A DNA stretch of 64,000 bases from the human T2T-CHM13v2.0 reference genome, Homo sapiens (GCF_009914755.1 NC_060927.1); one strand, 5' to 3'; shown: positions 1 to 18,141, numbered from the stretch's first letter. Translations and numbers: made by a program. Notes: a model not told the origin generated them from the letters alone.

Positions 1-599
1 ACACACCTGTGTATATATGTATGCATGTATCATACACTTTTTGAAGCTGAAATCACATTTTAGAATGAAGTGGGAGAGGAGAAATGGGCTGTATGTTCCT
101 CATGTGCAGAAAATATTCCCTGAGGGGTTTACCATGCTAACTAGAAAATTACTGAGTCATTATTTTCTCCGCTCAACATTCCATCCCTCAAAATCTCTCA
201 AATCTTACAGCTGACATTTACCCCAGCTCAATACCCACCCAGTCTAATGGGAAGTCCTTGCTGCTGAAGCACCACTCATACCATTTATAATGCTACACCA
301 CATTCAACCTCTTTACTAATCATGCAATTTCCATTTAAGTTTTCTGATTTACATACCAACTTCACCTTTCACTTTTCTCAACCTGCGGTCTGATCTTCCC
401 CCTTCTTAGCAACATGGAGTTCCTTTTCTATCTGGTTCATCAACCTTCCTTCTAGGCTCCCAACTCCTCATTTCTACAAAATCACTTCTCATGTCTTCCA
501 TCTCTTTTTCCTTTACCTCCAATTACCCCATCCTTTTATCAAACACATAAATATTAAAAAACAAAAATGGCAGTTCATTATCTTAGAGACACGGGTTAC

Positions 600-736
600 C
601 TGAAATTGCAACTGGGCAACCATTCTCTAAAGATCTAAAGATCTCACTGACATAAGCAGAAGAACCATCCCCAACTGTTGTTTTTTGGCTGGCTACAGGG
701 CACAGATAACAAATGGTTCAATGAATGTCATTTCTA
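600..736 (-). pseudogene. Pseudo-exon EMTFIEPFVICAL/ASQKTTVGDGSSAYVSEIFRSLENGCPVAIS(G), 1-nt frameshift
   Basis: tttatttacag acceptor, cag|gtaacc donor; resembles GREB1 YVVIICAC..DSCIAVTG; an open frame upstream (to ~888) suggests the exon may be longer. Confidence 0.65.
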
Positions 737-1400
737 CTGTAAATAAATCTTGTAAATCTTACTGACAGTGAGAAAATAACATTGTCAAGGGGAAAGTTAA
801 AATATTTGAAAACAAATAATCTTAAGAATATGGTCCTCGTGTTCAGCCATATTTCCTTACACAATGTCTTTCTTGGACTTTCTTTTCTTAACAATAATAA
901 TAAAATATTAATTTAAAATCATAATATAGTATTTTATAGTTTAAAAAAATTTCCTCATATATGATCTCTTAAGAAATATGGGTGGCAATAATGGTGATTA
1001 ATTACTATATCTATTTTACAAAGCAGCAACTCATGTGACTGCCTTTGGCCACCCACCTAAGTGGAGGGTTGAGAAATAAAATCCAAGCCTTCTAAAATGG
1101 CAACATAAGATGATTCATTACAGTAGCACATGGTGGTACACATTTTATCTGAACTACAAAATGGGAATAATAATAGCACCATTCTAATAGATTGCTTTAA
1201 GAATTAAATGATATGATTCATAGTAAACACTCAATAAACTCTAGCTGTTTTGTTATTTATTATTATTACAATAGCTGGTAGCATCACTCATATAAACTTT
1301 CTTTAAAATTTAGCAATAAATATATGCTTCTCCTGGTAAATTCAGGCCCAACACATGTGAAGAACTTGGAGTCTATTGATATTTTAATAGATGTATATCA

Positions 1401-1682
<282 letters not shown>

Positions 1683-1734
1683 TTAGAGCCCTTCTAGCAG
1701 AAATGAGGTATATCCCACTAAAAAAAAAAAAAAA

Positions 1735-2026
1735 ATTTAGATACAGGGTCTCACTCTGTCACCCAGGCATGGGTTCAGTGGTGTGATCATAGCTCACTGT
1801 AACCTTGAACTCTTGGGCTAAAGTGATCTTCCCAACTCAGTTTCCCAAGTAGCTAGGACTACAGATGCATGCCACCACACCAGATAACTAAAAACAAAAC
1901 TATTTTTTACACATGGTGTCTCACCATGTTGTCCAGGCTGGTCTTGAACTCCTGGCCTCAAGTGATCCTTTCACCTCAGCTTCCCAAGGCAATGAGATAA
2001 CAGTCAGGAGCCACCACACTCAGCCC
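1735..2026 (-). mobile_element. AluJ-like
   Basis: Diverged reverse Alu dimer. Confidence 0.85.
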
Positions 2027-2649
2027 ACTTAATCATTTTTGAAACCATTTCTTCCTTAAGAAACAAGCTTCAACAATTTGATTCTTTTGAAAACAAACAA
2101 TTTGATACTTAGCCTGCCAAGGCTACCACCCAATTTCCCCAAATCTCTCTTTCTATAATTTTCAATCTGACTATAATTATCTCCAAACAATAGGTCTTTG
2201 AGGAATTGTTTTTGGGATCATCAAAACAATTTTGACTGTGGCATCGCTTTTTATCATGACTCTATGTCACGCATAAGTATTAATCCATGTAGTCATTTAG
2301 CCCAGAAATGGGGATTTAATGCTGACAGTGTTGCATGCTTTCTCTTCTAGAGTTATTATAATGTGAACTTATCATTATTTTATGAAATTATTACGATCAT
2401 GAAGATTCAGCTTCTGATCTGTGTTCTGGAATTTCTTAGCTGTGTGATTAAGGGCAAGTTTATTTTTCTGAGTAGAAAACCTTCATCTGCAAAACAGAGA
2501 CAATATTAACTTCACAGAATCCCTTGAGAGTTACTTCATATTTCAGATTTGACTGTGGATGCAAGAGTGTTAAAGGCAGTAAAATGATACATTAATATGT
2601 GACTTTCATTTGTCTAAATGTATGCAATAGTCAGAGTGATTTCTAATAT

Positions 2650-2962
2650 GCAGGGCCAGTTGCAAAGCAGAACTCTTTTCTCTTATTTCTAACTTCTAGT
2701 GAAAGTTACAAAGCACACTTCTTTTCCCTCTCTTAACCAAATGCCTTCTTGTGGCATTTCTTTAAAAACAAAAAGCTAAGGTGCCTATGGCTGCCGGAAA
2801 GAAGATACTGGCATTTTTTAAACTGGTTTTCTTTATCTTTTCCACCCAGAAGGCTAACGAGAAGACTGAGTGCTTATGCTTCATCATGCTTCCATTTCTG
2901 CACACTTTAGAATGACTTGCTATCACTTCTGGCTTTGAAAGTCCAAAGCCTACCCTGAAGAT
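2650..2962 (-). pseudogene. Pseudo-exon DLQGRLWTFKARSDSKSF*SVQKWKHDEA*ALSLLVSLLGG... (3' end uncertain)
   Basis: Strong acceptor ctctttctttgtcag; phase-1 start fits phase-1 end of exon 3281-3569; sparse TAA stops. Confidence 0.55.
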
Positions 2963-3280
2963 CTGACAAAGAAAGAGAACTAGAAATATTCTGAGCTTGT
3001 GAATAGACTCCCCCAAGTGTTTTCATTTCTTGGTCATCAAATTGGAAATGATTGGACCAATTCGATGTTTTATTCTCTTTGGCACTTAGCTCTATAGCAC
3101 AGGGTTCTGGGGACAGTTTCTATTAATAGACTTAGACATTGCATCTAATTTACTTTGCTTGACCTAGCAATTAGTTCTACTTGTCCCCATCCTTTAACCC
3201 AAATTTTCATTCTTCAACTGTGACAAGATGGGCAGCAAGAAATAATATGCTATTTTAGGATTCAGCAAAATAGAGCTAAC

Positions 3281-3569
3281 CTAAGAAGTAATTGGATAAG
3301 CAGAGTTTGTCTTCCGCCTATTCTTGAATCAGTACAGGGTTTCATGGAGAAAATTGGCCTTCATTCTCTAACGTATGAAAGTTGGATAGAAATTTCTGGT
3401 ATTTAGTCATTTGAGATGTATGTACATTTAGACTTTGAAAGTCTGATTTAAGTTTTAGTAGTTCTGCAAGTACAACATATAGTAACCAGAAGAGATAATG
3501 TCCCTGGCTTTCTGTAGCAGAAAAGGAATGTATAAGAAGTACAGCAAAGGTTCATGGAGTCAATGCAGC
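3281..3569 (-). pseudogene. Pseudo-exon AALTP*TFAVLLIHSFSATES..LYVVLAELLKL..., 289 nt, 3 stops
   Basis: cttgttttctag acceptor, tag|gttagc donor; phase 0 in, phase 1 out, compatible with both neighbours; resembles GREB1 VHVIECAYSLAEGLSEMFRL. Confidence 0.7.
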
Positions 3570-3643
3570 CTAGAAAACAAGATTTGGAAACTGAATAAGA
3601 ATCAGGATAATAGCATAGGATCAACAGGAGCAAACAAAATAAC

Positions 3644-3782
3644 TTTTTTTTTGCAGGAACTACTGGAAGAGAAAGCCACCAGCTTCATTTGATCCAGATT
3701 TAATGCCCCAGGAAGAAGCATCCACTTAACAGAGGCTTTGTCATATACCATATACCATACCACTTTGGCTGGCAAGGAAGTG
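3644..3782 (-). pseudogene. Pseudo-exon TSLPAKVVWYMVYDKASVKWMLLPGALNLDQMKLVAFSSSSSCKKK
   Basis: Fully open 139 nt ending phase 0, 74-nt intron to the next exon; ALNLDQMKLVAFSSSSSC resembles GREB1 PVTSAQLPWLASLAASSC. Confidence 0.7.
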
Positions 3783-4056
3783 CTTAAAACGTAGTTGATT
3801 CTCAACCATTGAATGAATGAGTGAATGAATTTGTTGAGTTTCTAATTATAAAATATCTTTTGTTCGAGGCACTTCTATATGTCAAGACCATATGCTGAAT
3901 TTTATTTTATTTTCTGACACCTTCAAAGGGCTAATGAGTCATAGATTATTTTTTTCTGTCTGCAATTCAGTGAGTCATTATAACTAACTACATTTTATTT
4001 CAGCCCTTGTTTATTCCCCTCCAAAAGGGGAAGCTGGATGATATTATGAGGGGGCA

Positions 4057-4355
4057 GGCTGGGCACAGTGGTTCACACCTGTAATCCCAGCACTTTGGAA
4101 GGCCGAGGAGGCTTGAGCCCAGGAGTTCAAGAGCACCTTAGGCAACATGGGGAAACTCTGTCTCTGCAAAACAATAAAAAATAAAAAAATTCGCCAGGCA
4201 TGGTGGCATGCACCTGTAGTCCCAGCTACTCACGAGGCTGAGGTGGGAGGATTGCTTAAGCCTGGGAGGTAGAGGTTGTTGTGAGCCAGGATCACATCAC
4301 TGCACTCCAGCCTGGGCAGTAGTGAGACTCTGTCTCAAAAAAAAAAAAAAAAAAG
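4057..4355 (+). mobile_element. AluJ-like
   Basis: Alu dimer with poly-A. Confidence 0.9.
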
Positions 4356-4385
4356 GAGGATGCAGGATGTAATTTGTTAACTTAC

Positions 4386-4583
4386 TAAGTCTGATTTTCA
4401 TTTTTCTCTAAAGTCTTGTAAAATTTTGTTTGAGTAAAATACACAAGAGGCAGCAGGAGAACATTAAGAAGAGAGTTCTAGTGTATTCAGAGGGTTTGAA
4501 ATAAAGGTACACATGAGAAGGAACAGAGAGATATCCTAAGTTGTTTGATTTTTTAAATGGATGTTTTACTGCATCCTGAGGGT
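4386..4583 (-). pseudogene. Candidate pseudo-exon PQDAVKHPFKKSNNLGYLSVPSHVYLYF...
   Basis: ctgttcccag acceptor, consensus gtaagt donor, about 58 open codons; no recognised motif. Confidence 0.5.
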
Positions 4584-4699
4584 CTGGGAACAGATTACTA
4601 TGTGCAAAACACACCTTTTCTACCTAGATCAGACTTAACATCTGCACAAACCTCAAAAGCATCATTTATTTTGAAAAATAAAGTAAGACCTATGCTGAG

Positions 4700-5850
<1,151 letters not shown>

Positions 5851-5853
5851 CTT

Positions 5854-6237
5854 AGTATAAATTTGTTAGGTCTGCCATAACGAAGTATCACAGACTGAGT
5901 GGTTTACACAGCAGAAATGTATTTTCTCACAATTCTGGAGGCTAGATTTCTGAGATCGAGGTATAGCAGGGTTGGTTTCTTTTGAGGTCTCTCTCTTTGG
6001 CTTGTAGATAGCTGTCTTTTCCCTGTGCCTTCACATGGTCTTTTCTCTGTGTGTGTCTGCGTCCTAATCTTCTATTCTTATGACACCAGTCATATTGGAT
6101 TTTAGCTACCCTAATGAACTCATTTTAACTTAATTACCTTTTTAAAGACCCTATCTTCAAATAGAATCACATTCTGAAATACTAGGGGTTAGAACTTCCA
6201 CCTGTACATTTAAGAAAAACACAATTCAGTCCACAGC
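5854..6237 (-). mobile_element. MLT1 (MaLR) solo LTR
   Basis: Typical MLT1 motifs ctgccataac..ttctcacaattctggaggcta..tcacattctga. Confidence 0.75.
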
Positions 6238-6493
6238 CTTTGGTTATTTATTTACTTATGAATAAATGCACACATACTTCAAATAGAAAATAAGTTCCAT
6301 GAAAACAGAAATTTTACCTGTCTTGTAAACCAGAATATCTCCTATATTGAAGGATTTCTAGCACAAAGTGAATATAGCTTAAAGTCTAGAATTAACTTGC
6401 AATTCATTAATTTATTTATTAGTATGAATATTCCTTTGGAAGAGCATTGACTATCAATAAAGCTTATGATGGCTTGTTCATTTACTCCCCACC

Positions 6494-6846
6494 TAATATG
6501 GTTTGGCTCTGCTTCCCCACCCAAATCTCATCTTGAGTTGCAATCCCCACATGGTGAGGGAGGGACCTGGTGGGAGTTGATTGTATCATGAAGGCAGTTT
6601 CCCCCACGCTATGCTCTTGATAGTGAGGGAGTTCTTATGAGATCTGATGGTTTAAAATTGACAGTTTCCCCTGGGCTCTCTCTCCTGCCACCTGTGAACA
6701 AGGTGCTTGCCTCTCCTTCACCTTCCACCATGATTGTAAGTTTCCTGAGGCCTCCCTGGCCATGTGGAAGTATGAGTCAATTAAACCTTGTTTCTTTGTA
6801 AAAGTCTCAGGTAGTATCTTTATAGCAGTGTGAGAGAACTAATATG
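6494..6846 (+). mobile_element. THE1/MST (MaLR) solo LTR
   Basis: atatggtttggctctg start, ccatgattgtaagtttcctgaggcctcc core, 5-bp TSD ccacc/ccaac. Confidence 0.88.
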
Positions 6847-7625
6847 CCAACATAACTTATTTTTAAAAATATGTATAATAAAATAAAATCATTAAAAATT
6901 TAAAATAGACTCCTAAATTTTATATTCCTGGTAATTTTGTAATATGTACACTTTAAGAGGCAGTTAGGTTCAAATTCCTCCTAGAAATATTATTCAACTT
7001 AGAGAAAAAGCAGGTGATGCATTCTATTTTACTTTAGTAAAATTGGTTCTTGTCAAAGTTTATATTCAAACTCAATATTTAAAAATCTTTCAAGAAGTGG
7101 GTGGAGCCCACTGCAGCTCAAGGAGGCCTACCTGCCTCTGTAGACTCCACCTATGGGGGCAGGGCATAGCCTAACAAAAGACAGCAGAAACTTCTGCAGA
7201 CTTAAACATCCCTGTCTGACAGCTTTGAAGAGAGTAGTGGTTCTCCCAGCACAGAGTTTGATATCTGAGAACCGACAGACGGCCTCCTCAAGTGGGTCCC
7301 TGACACCTGAGTAGCCTAACTGGGAGACACTTCCCAGTAGGGGCCGACTGACACCTGATACAGCCAGGTGCCCCTCTGAGATGAAGCTTCCAGAGGAAGG
7401 ATCAGGCAGCAACATTTGTTGTTCTGCAATATTTGCTGTTCTGCAGCCTCCGCTGCTGATACCCAGGCAAACAGGGTCTGGAGTGGACCTCCAGCAAACT
7501 CCAACAGACCTGCAGCTGAGGGTCCTGACTGTTAGAAGGAAAACTAACAAACAGAAAGGGCAAACACCAAAACCCCATCTGTATGTCACCATCATCAAAG
7601 ACCAAAGGTAGATAAAACCACAAAG

Positions 7626-8644
7626 ATGGGGAGAAACCAGAGCAGAAAAGCTGAAAATTCTAAAAATCAGAGCACCTCTTCTCCTCCAAAGGAACGCAGC
7701 AACTCACCAGCAATGGGATAAAGCTGGATGGAGAATGACTTTGATGAGTAGCGAGAAGAAGGCTTCAGAGGATCAGTAATAAACTTCTCCAAGCTAAAGG
7801 AGGATGTTCGAACCCATTGCAAAGAAGCTAAAAACCTTGAAAAAAGATTAGACGAGTGGCTAAGTAGAATAAACAGGGTAGAGAGGAATTTAAATGACCT
7901 GATGGAGCTGAAAACCATGGCACAAGAACTACACAATGCAAGCACAAGCTTCAGTAGCCGATTTGATCAAGTGGAAGAAAGGGTGTCAGAGATGGAAGAT
8001 CAAATGAATGAAATGAAGTGAGAAGAGAAGTTTAGAGAAAAAAGAATAAAAAGAAATGAGCAAAGCCTCCAAGAAATATGGGACTATGTGAAAAGACCAA
8101 ATATACGTCTGATTGGTGTACCTGAAAGTGATGGGGAGAATGGAACCAAGTTGGAAAACACTCTTCAGGACACTATCCAGGAGAACTTCCCCAACCTAGC
8201 CAGGCAGGTCAACATTCAAATTCAGGAAATACAGAGAACGCCACAAAGATACTCCTTGAGAAGAGCAACTCCAAGACACATAATTGTCAGATTCACCAAA
8301 GTTGAAATGAAGGAAAAGATGTTAAGGGCAGCCAGAGAGAAAGGTCGAGTTACCCACAAAGGGAAGCCCATCAGACTAACAGCGGATCTCTCGGCAGAAA
8401 CTCTACAAGCTAGAAGAGAGTGGGGGCCAATATTCAACATTCTGAAAGAAAAGAATTTTCAACCCAGAATTTCATATCCAGCCAAACTAAGCTTCATAAG
8501 TGAAGGAGAAATAAAATCCTTTACGGACAAATGCTGAGGGATTTTGTCACCTCCAGGCTTGCCTTACAAGAGCTCCTGAAGGAAGCACTAAACATGGAAA
8601 GGAACAACTGGTACCAGTCACTGCAAAAACATGCCAAATTGTAA
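7626..8644 (+). pseudogene. L1 ORF1p, disrupted
   Basis: RPNIRLIGVPE, ARREWGPIF, YPAKLSF motifs; premature stops and frameshift. Confidence 0.92.
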
Positions 8645-8707
8645 AGACCATTGATGCTAGGAAGAAACTGCATCAACTAACGAGCAAAATAACCAGTTAA
8701 CATCATA

Positions 8708-12530
<3,823 letters not shown>

Positions 12531-13263
12531 TCTCACTTATAGGTGGGAATTGAACAATGAGAACACATGGACACAGGAAGGGGAACATCACACACCGGGG
12601 CCTGTTGTGGGGTGGGGACAGGCGGGAGGCATAGCATTGGGAGATATACCTAATGTAAATGACAAATTAGTGGGTGCAGCACACTAACATGGCACATGTA
12701 TACATATGTAACAAACCTGCACGTTGTACACATGTACCCTAGAACTTAAAGTATAATAAATAAAAAACAAAAACAAAAACAATCTTTCCCATTTTACTTT
12801 TATCAATATTTTGTATAAAACTTATGTGATTAAAAAGAAAGTAATCTTTACAACTGGAAGGAATATTAATGTGTTCCCTGCTGTGTCCTCAGTGCCTATA
12901 ACAGTGGCACATAACAAGTACTCAATAAGGCTTGCTGAATGAACAAGTATAATACAATATACTGCAGTTAAGTGATTTCCCCTGTGAGACGGAACGCACT
13001 CTTAATTAGGAAACAGGCCACTGCACCTTTAAGGGGTGCTCTAATATCTAATAAGTTTATGGCACATCCCATCAAGCTTCAGTGTTGCTAAAAATGTCAT
13101 TCTGGTAGTGCTCTCTTATTTTTTATATCACCTAAGAGAAATTCTGAAATACAAGCTCATGGGTTAAATTAAAGCAGAAGCTATTTGTGACAAAATGTGA
13201 ATTCAAATTTTCCTTTTTCTCTTATCTCTTTGGCAAAAAAGTTCAATAGGAGACAGGTTTTAC

Positions 13264-13468
13264 TCTATGAATAACAAGCAGCATTTAATTACAATAGACA
13301 GAATGGGAGCAAAGTTATTTACAATGCAGCCACCCGAATTCTCCAGTGGTACCTTCCACTTGGCTGTCGGCTCAGCAATGCTGACTTGGGAGAAGAGTGA
13401 AGCTCTAGGTTCTGTCATTTTTGCTTTCAACATATATATGTGGAAGAGTTTATCAAGGTTTCAGGCCC
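13264..13468 (-). pseudogene. Candidate pseudo-exon GPETLIN../..KWKVPLENSGGCIVNNFAPILSIVIK
   Basis: Phase-0 start after exon 15159-15362, one frameshift, gtaaaa donor; GPE..VPL..F..I resembles GREB1L GPDQVPLREEFEQI. Confidence 0.45.
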
Positions 13469-14059
13469 CTATTTATTATATGTAAAATAGAAGCACTCAT
13501 TTTTTAAAAAATAAATTACTTAGAAAATGTAAGATAATAAATATAAAAGCATAATTTATATTTAAAATAGTCTCACACTTACTGCAAAACACATTGAAAA
13601 AGTTCATTCTGTTGACATTTACATTAGGATAAAGATAAGATTCCACTTTAGTTCCAGAGATGACAGTTAATCTTATGGGTTATAAAGTTTGCAAAAATAA
13701 AACAAAATAAACTTCTTCAAATTGACTCTGTGTGTCATGTTTATTATGGAATTATAAAGGGTAATGTAAAGCGATTAATAAATTTTCCCACGGTGAAGAC
13801 CTCACTTGGCAGTGGTTTCCTGGGGAGCAAGTGGGAATAAGGAATAACAAATTGGAAAAAATTCATTGCATGGGGAGTGATTAATGGACAGAAAACCTCT
13901 CTGTTAAAATTATACTTTTATTTATTATTTGGACTTTCTAAAATATTTATTCTGTAATTTTTCTTAAAAAGCAAGCAAGATTTTAAAAAAGAATACAGCA
14001 TGAAAATTATTTGATTTATTTAAATAAATATTCCTAAATTAAGTAATGTTACAAACGTC

Positions 14060-15127
14060 TAAAATATAAATGCGAAAGAATGAAAATACATAGAGAAAAA
14101 GGTCCGGGACATTGGCCATGGCAATAATTTATTGGATATCACATCAAAAGCTCAGGCTACAAAAGCAAAAGCAAATAGTACTACATCAATCTAGCAAGCT
14201 TCCACACAGCAAAGAAAACAATCAACAAAAGGCAAAAAAAAAAAAAAAAAAAAACAAATTGGGAAAAATTTGCAAACCATGTATCCAATAGGGAGTTAAT
14301 ACACTAGATTTATAACGAACTCATACAACTCAATAGCAAGAAAATATATAACCTGATTTTAAAATGGACAAAGGTCTGCATGTGGTGGCTCACGTTTGTA
14401 ATCCCAGCACTTTGAGAGGCTGAGGAGGGATAATCTCTTGAGCTCAGAAGTTTGAGTTACCAACCTGGGTAACATAATGAGACTCCATCTCTAAAAAACA
14501 AACAAACAAACAAACAAACAAACAAATAAATAAATAAATAAAATGGCCAAAGAACTTGAATAGACATTTCTCCAAAGACAACATAAAAATGGTGAACAGA
14601 TACATGAAAAGATACTCAACATCACTAATCAGGGAAATGCAAAGCAAAACCACTATGATATCACTATGATATACCACCTCACATCTGTTAGGATGGCTAT
14701 TATTAAAAAGATAAGAGATCACCAGTGTTGGCGAGGCTATGGAGAAGAGAGAACCCTTATACACTGTTACTGAGAGTGTAGATTGGTACAGCCATTATGG
14801 AAAACAGTATAGAGGTTCCTAAAGAGATTAAATACAGAACTACCATATGACCCAGCAATCCCTCTTCTAGGTATGTATCCAACGAAATGAAATATTTACC
14901 CTGTAAAGATATCAGCACTCCCATGTTGACTGCAGCATTATTCACAGTAGCCAAGATATAGAAACAACCTAGGTGTCCATCAAGGGATGAATAAAGAAAC
15001 TATGATGTGTATATATAAGTAATGGAATACCATTCAGCCTTGAAGAGGAGAATATCCTGCCATTTGTTACAACATGGATGGATGGGCCTGAAGAACATTA
15101 TTCTAAGTGAAATAAGACAGACACAGA
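14060..15127 (+). mobile_element. Old L1 (L1MA/L1MB-like) ORF2 3' fragment with Alu monomer at ~14375-14540
   Basis: Diverged ORF2 C-terminal sequence (gacatttctccaaaga, ccatatgacccagcaatccc). Confidence 0.85.
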
Positions 15128-15158
15128 CCATTAGAAATCCCCGAGATTCCCCTCAGAC

Positions 15159-15362
15159 CTGCCCAATGCTCCAGAAAAGCACTTTAGATTACTTTGGTAT
15201 CATTTTATTGTAAGTGTGTTAATTCACAAAAAAACTTTCATTAACCAAGTCTGAACTTAAATATTCTAAAAAGAAATTTACATCTCCCAGCTTGTATACT
15301 GAGCCACAGGGCAGAGCTTTTCTCATTCGGAGAAATCCAGTATCCACAAGTAGGAAATATAC
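15159..15362 (-). pseudogene. Pseudo-exon VYFLLVDTGFLRMRKALPCGSVYKLGDVNFFLEYLSSDLVNESFFVN*HTYNKMIPK*SKVLFWSIGQ
   Basis: tctttccag acceptor, 204 nt = 68 codons, phase 0/0, two TAA stops; in frame with exon 16281-16376. Confidence 0.65.
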
Positions 15363-15394
15363 CTGGAAAGATTTCTGTAGCCACCAGGAATCTC

Positions 15395-15840
15395 GGGTAG
15401 TGTTCTATTGCTGTAGAACAAGCCACCCCAATTTACTGGATTAAATAACAATTATTTATGCTGTTCACGGTCTGCAGTTTGGACAGAGCTCACGTGTGGC
15501 CAGCTGTGATGGCTGGAAGGGGATTGAAATCATCTGAAGTCTCATTTGCCCATATGTCTGGGTGTTGATGCTGGCTGTTGGCAGGGGCCTCAGCTGGGTT
15601 TGTTAGCTGGAATCTGTTCACATAGCCTCTCTCCTGTGCTGCTTGGCTTCCTCACAGCTGGGTGTGAAGAACCACTATTCCAAGAGCTACAGGTTGTGGG
15701 AGTTGCCATTTTCTTAAGGTTCGGAGCCAGAAACTGGCACAGTGTCACTTGTATTGTATTGTATTAGTCAAGCAGTCATAGAGCCTAGGATCAAAGGCGC
15801 TTTGCCTCTGAATGGGCGGGGTATCAAAGAATTACAAGTC
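15395..15840 (-). mobile_element. MLT1-type solo LTR
   Basis: MLT1 motifs tctattgctg..gttgatgctggctgttggc. Confidence 0.65.
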
Positions 15841-15841
15841 C

Positions 15842-16129
15842 TTTTTTTTTTTTTTTTTTTAATGAGATGGAGTCTGTTGCCCAGGCTGGAGTGCAGTGGT
15901 GCCATCTTGGCTCACTGCCACCTCTGCCTCCCAGGTTCTACTGCCTTAGCCTCTGAGTGGCTGAGATTACAGGCACGTGCCACCACGCCCGGGTAATATT
16001 TGTGTTTTTAGTAGAGATGGGGTTTCGCCATGTTGGCCAGGCTGGTCTGGAACTCCTGACCTCAAGTGATCCACCCGCCACAGCCTCCCAAAGCGATGGG
16101 ATTACAGGCGTGAGCCACAGTACACGGTC
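15842..16129 (-). mobile_element. AluS-like
   Basis: Reverse Alu dimer. Confidence 0.9.
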
Positions 16130-16280
16130 TATAAGTCCATTTTAAAATCCACTGTAGATAGCAATCCTGTTTCAGTTTCCGGGATTAAGTTGACATTTTC
16201 CTCAAAGGATCTGAAATTATCCCTTAAGGTTACTCAATAAATTATTCAGATTTAGGCTGATGAAAAAATATGCAACTTAC

Positions 16281-16376
16281 TTTAATGCTTAAATAATTTC
16301 CAGACCAGAATTGGAAGTCACTGGACACACTTCCCATTACTGGGGACTTCCTAATGCAGTTCGATTTATTAAGGTG
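16281..16376 (-). pseudogene. Pseudo-exon HLNKSNCIRKSPVMGSVSSDFQFWSGNYLSIK
   Basis: cttttgcctag acceptor, gtaagt donor, 96 nt fully open, phase 0/0. Confidence 0.65.
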
Positions 16377-16630
16377 CTAGGCAAAAGGCTTCATTGTAAT
16401 AATAATTAAATAAACCCGTGCTTCAAGTAGCATATTCTGATTGTTATGATAGCTAAGCATTTACAATAGTAACCAAAAAGGTTAGATTGTAATGTGTTTG
16501 GATATATACATCCTTAGGATGGAAATTCCCATCAGAGCCATCTTTTATAAGAGACCACACCCTAAAATAATTCTTGGTGGGACCCACTTCCTCAGAATTT
16601 GGAAAATTTCTGGGGATACATGTTGACTAC

Positions 16631-16858
16631 CTGAAAGAGGAGGAGAACTGAGGGGTGGCCAGTGAACTGTTGAGATATCATTAGCTGACCTGAAGACATG
16701 GAAGATGCACTATGAAGTGTTTAACTGCAGCTCTATCCTTTGTATGCTTTCAGAGAAGGCAGAGAATCATTTGGATTGAGTCACTGTGATTACTGGAGTC
16801 ATTGGCAAGGGTTTTTCTGATGACTTCTTTATGTATGGTTGTCCATCAGAAATAAGAA
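16631..16858 (-). pseudogene. Pseudo-exon LISDGQPYIKKSSEKPLPMTPVITV../..SSGQLMISQQFTGHPSVLLLFQ
   Basis: ccctcatatttag acceptor, cag|gtagtc donor; one frameshift needed to end in phase 0. Confidence 0.55.
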
Positions 16859-17028
16859 CTAAATATGAGGGAAGCTGAGTCATTTGTGTATTTGTAGTAG
16901 TAAGATTTAGGTAATGTATTAATCTGGAATCTTAGACTAATTCGTTCTATTTGTACTATATCTGAATAGAAATACAAATTAATTGATTCAACCCAGAAAA
17001 TTCTCCTCAGAACTATAAAACTGACTAT

Positions 17029-17403
<375 letters not shown>

Positions 17404-17886
17404 CTAATTGACTCAAAACTTATAACCTAGTTGTCTTTTTTTTATACATCTCAGGTTCAAAGAATTGTGTTGAGCATAAGTCTTGATTAGTGATATAGCA
17501 CTCATTAAACAATTATTGACTGATTACCTACTTTATATCTGGCAGTCTCCTAGGCACTTGGGGAAGACATGAACCAAACAAAGATCCTGGCCTCTTGGAA
17601 CTTACATTCTAGCAGAAGAAAACAGATAATAAATAATTTAATAAGTGTATAATACAAACATTTTTATTATAAATTTATGTATCCTATTAATTAGAGTTAC
17701 AAATTAATATTTGTTTGCCTTCTCTATTAATCAAGGTTCTCCAGAAAAACAGACCCAATAGGATATATGGAGAGATATATAAGAAGGAATTTTTTACGAA
17801 AATTGGCTCGTGAGATTATGGAGGCCATGAAGTCCTACAATATGCTCTCTGTGATCTGGAGAATCAGGAAAACTGGTGCTGTAATT

Positions 17887-18141
17887 TATTTATTTATTTA
17901 TTTATTTCAATTGGTTTTGGGGGAACAGGTGATGTTTGGTTACATGAATAAGTTCTTCAGTAGTGATTTCTGAGATTTTGGTACACCCGTCACCTGAGCA
18001 GTGTACACTGTATGCAACTTGCAGTTTTTTATCCCTCACCCCCTCCCACTCTGTCCCCTGAGTCCCCAAAGTCCATTGTTTCATTCTTTTGCCTTTGTGT
18101 CCTCATAGCTTATGAGTGAGAACATATAATGTTTGATTTTC
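17887..18141 (-). mobile_element. 5'-truncated L1 3' end (L1PB/L1MA-like)
   Basis: Reverse L1 3'UTR with 14-bp TSD ctggtgct(g/a)taatt. Confidence 0.8.

Noticed and set aside
2110-2346. Additional exon between the 2.9k and 0.7k exons
   Set aside because: Several stops in every frame and no clear GT donor; possible but unsupported
3644-3782. Dynein heavy chain-like motif (KWMLLPGALN versus KWIxFDGPVD)
   Set aside because: No Walker motifs or other colinear dynein matches; the GREB1 reading explains many more exons in order
13029-13143. Exon EFLLGDIKNKRALPE resembling GREB1L EFTLRERAL
   Set aside because: Good acceptor, but the frame closes quickly and the phase does not fit the preceding donor; too weak to list
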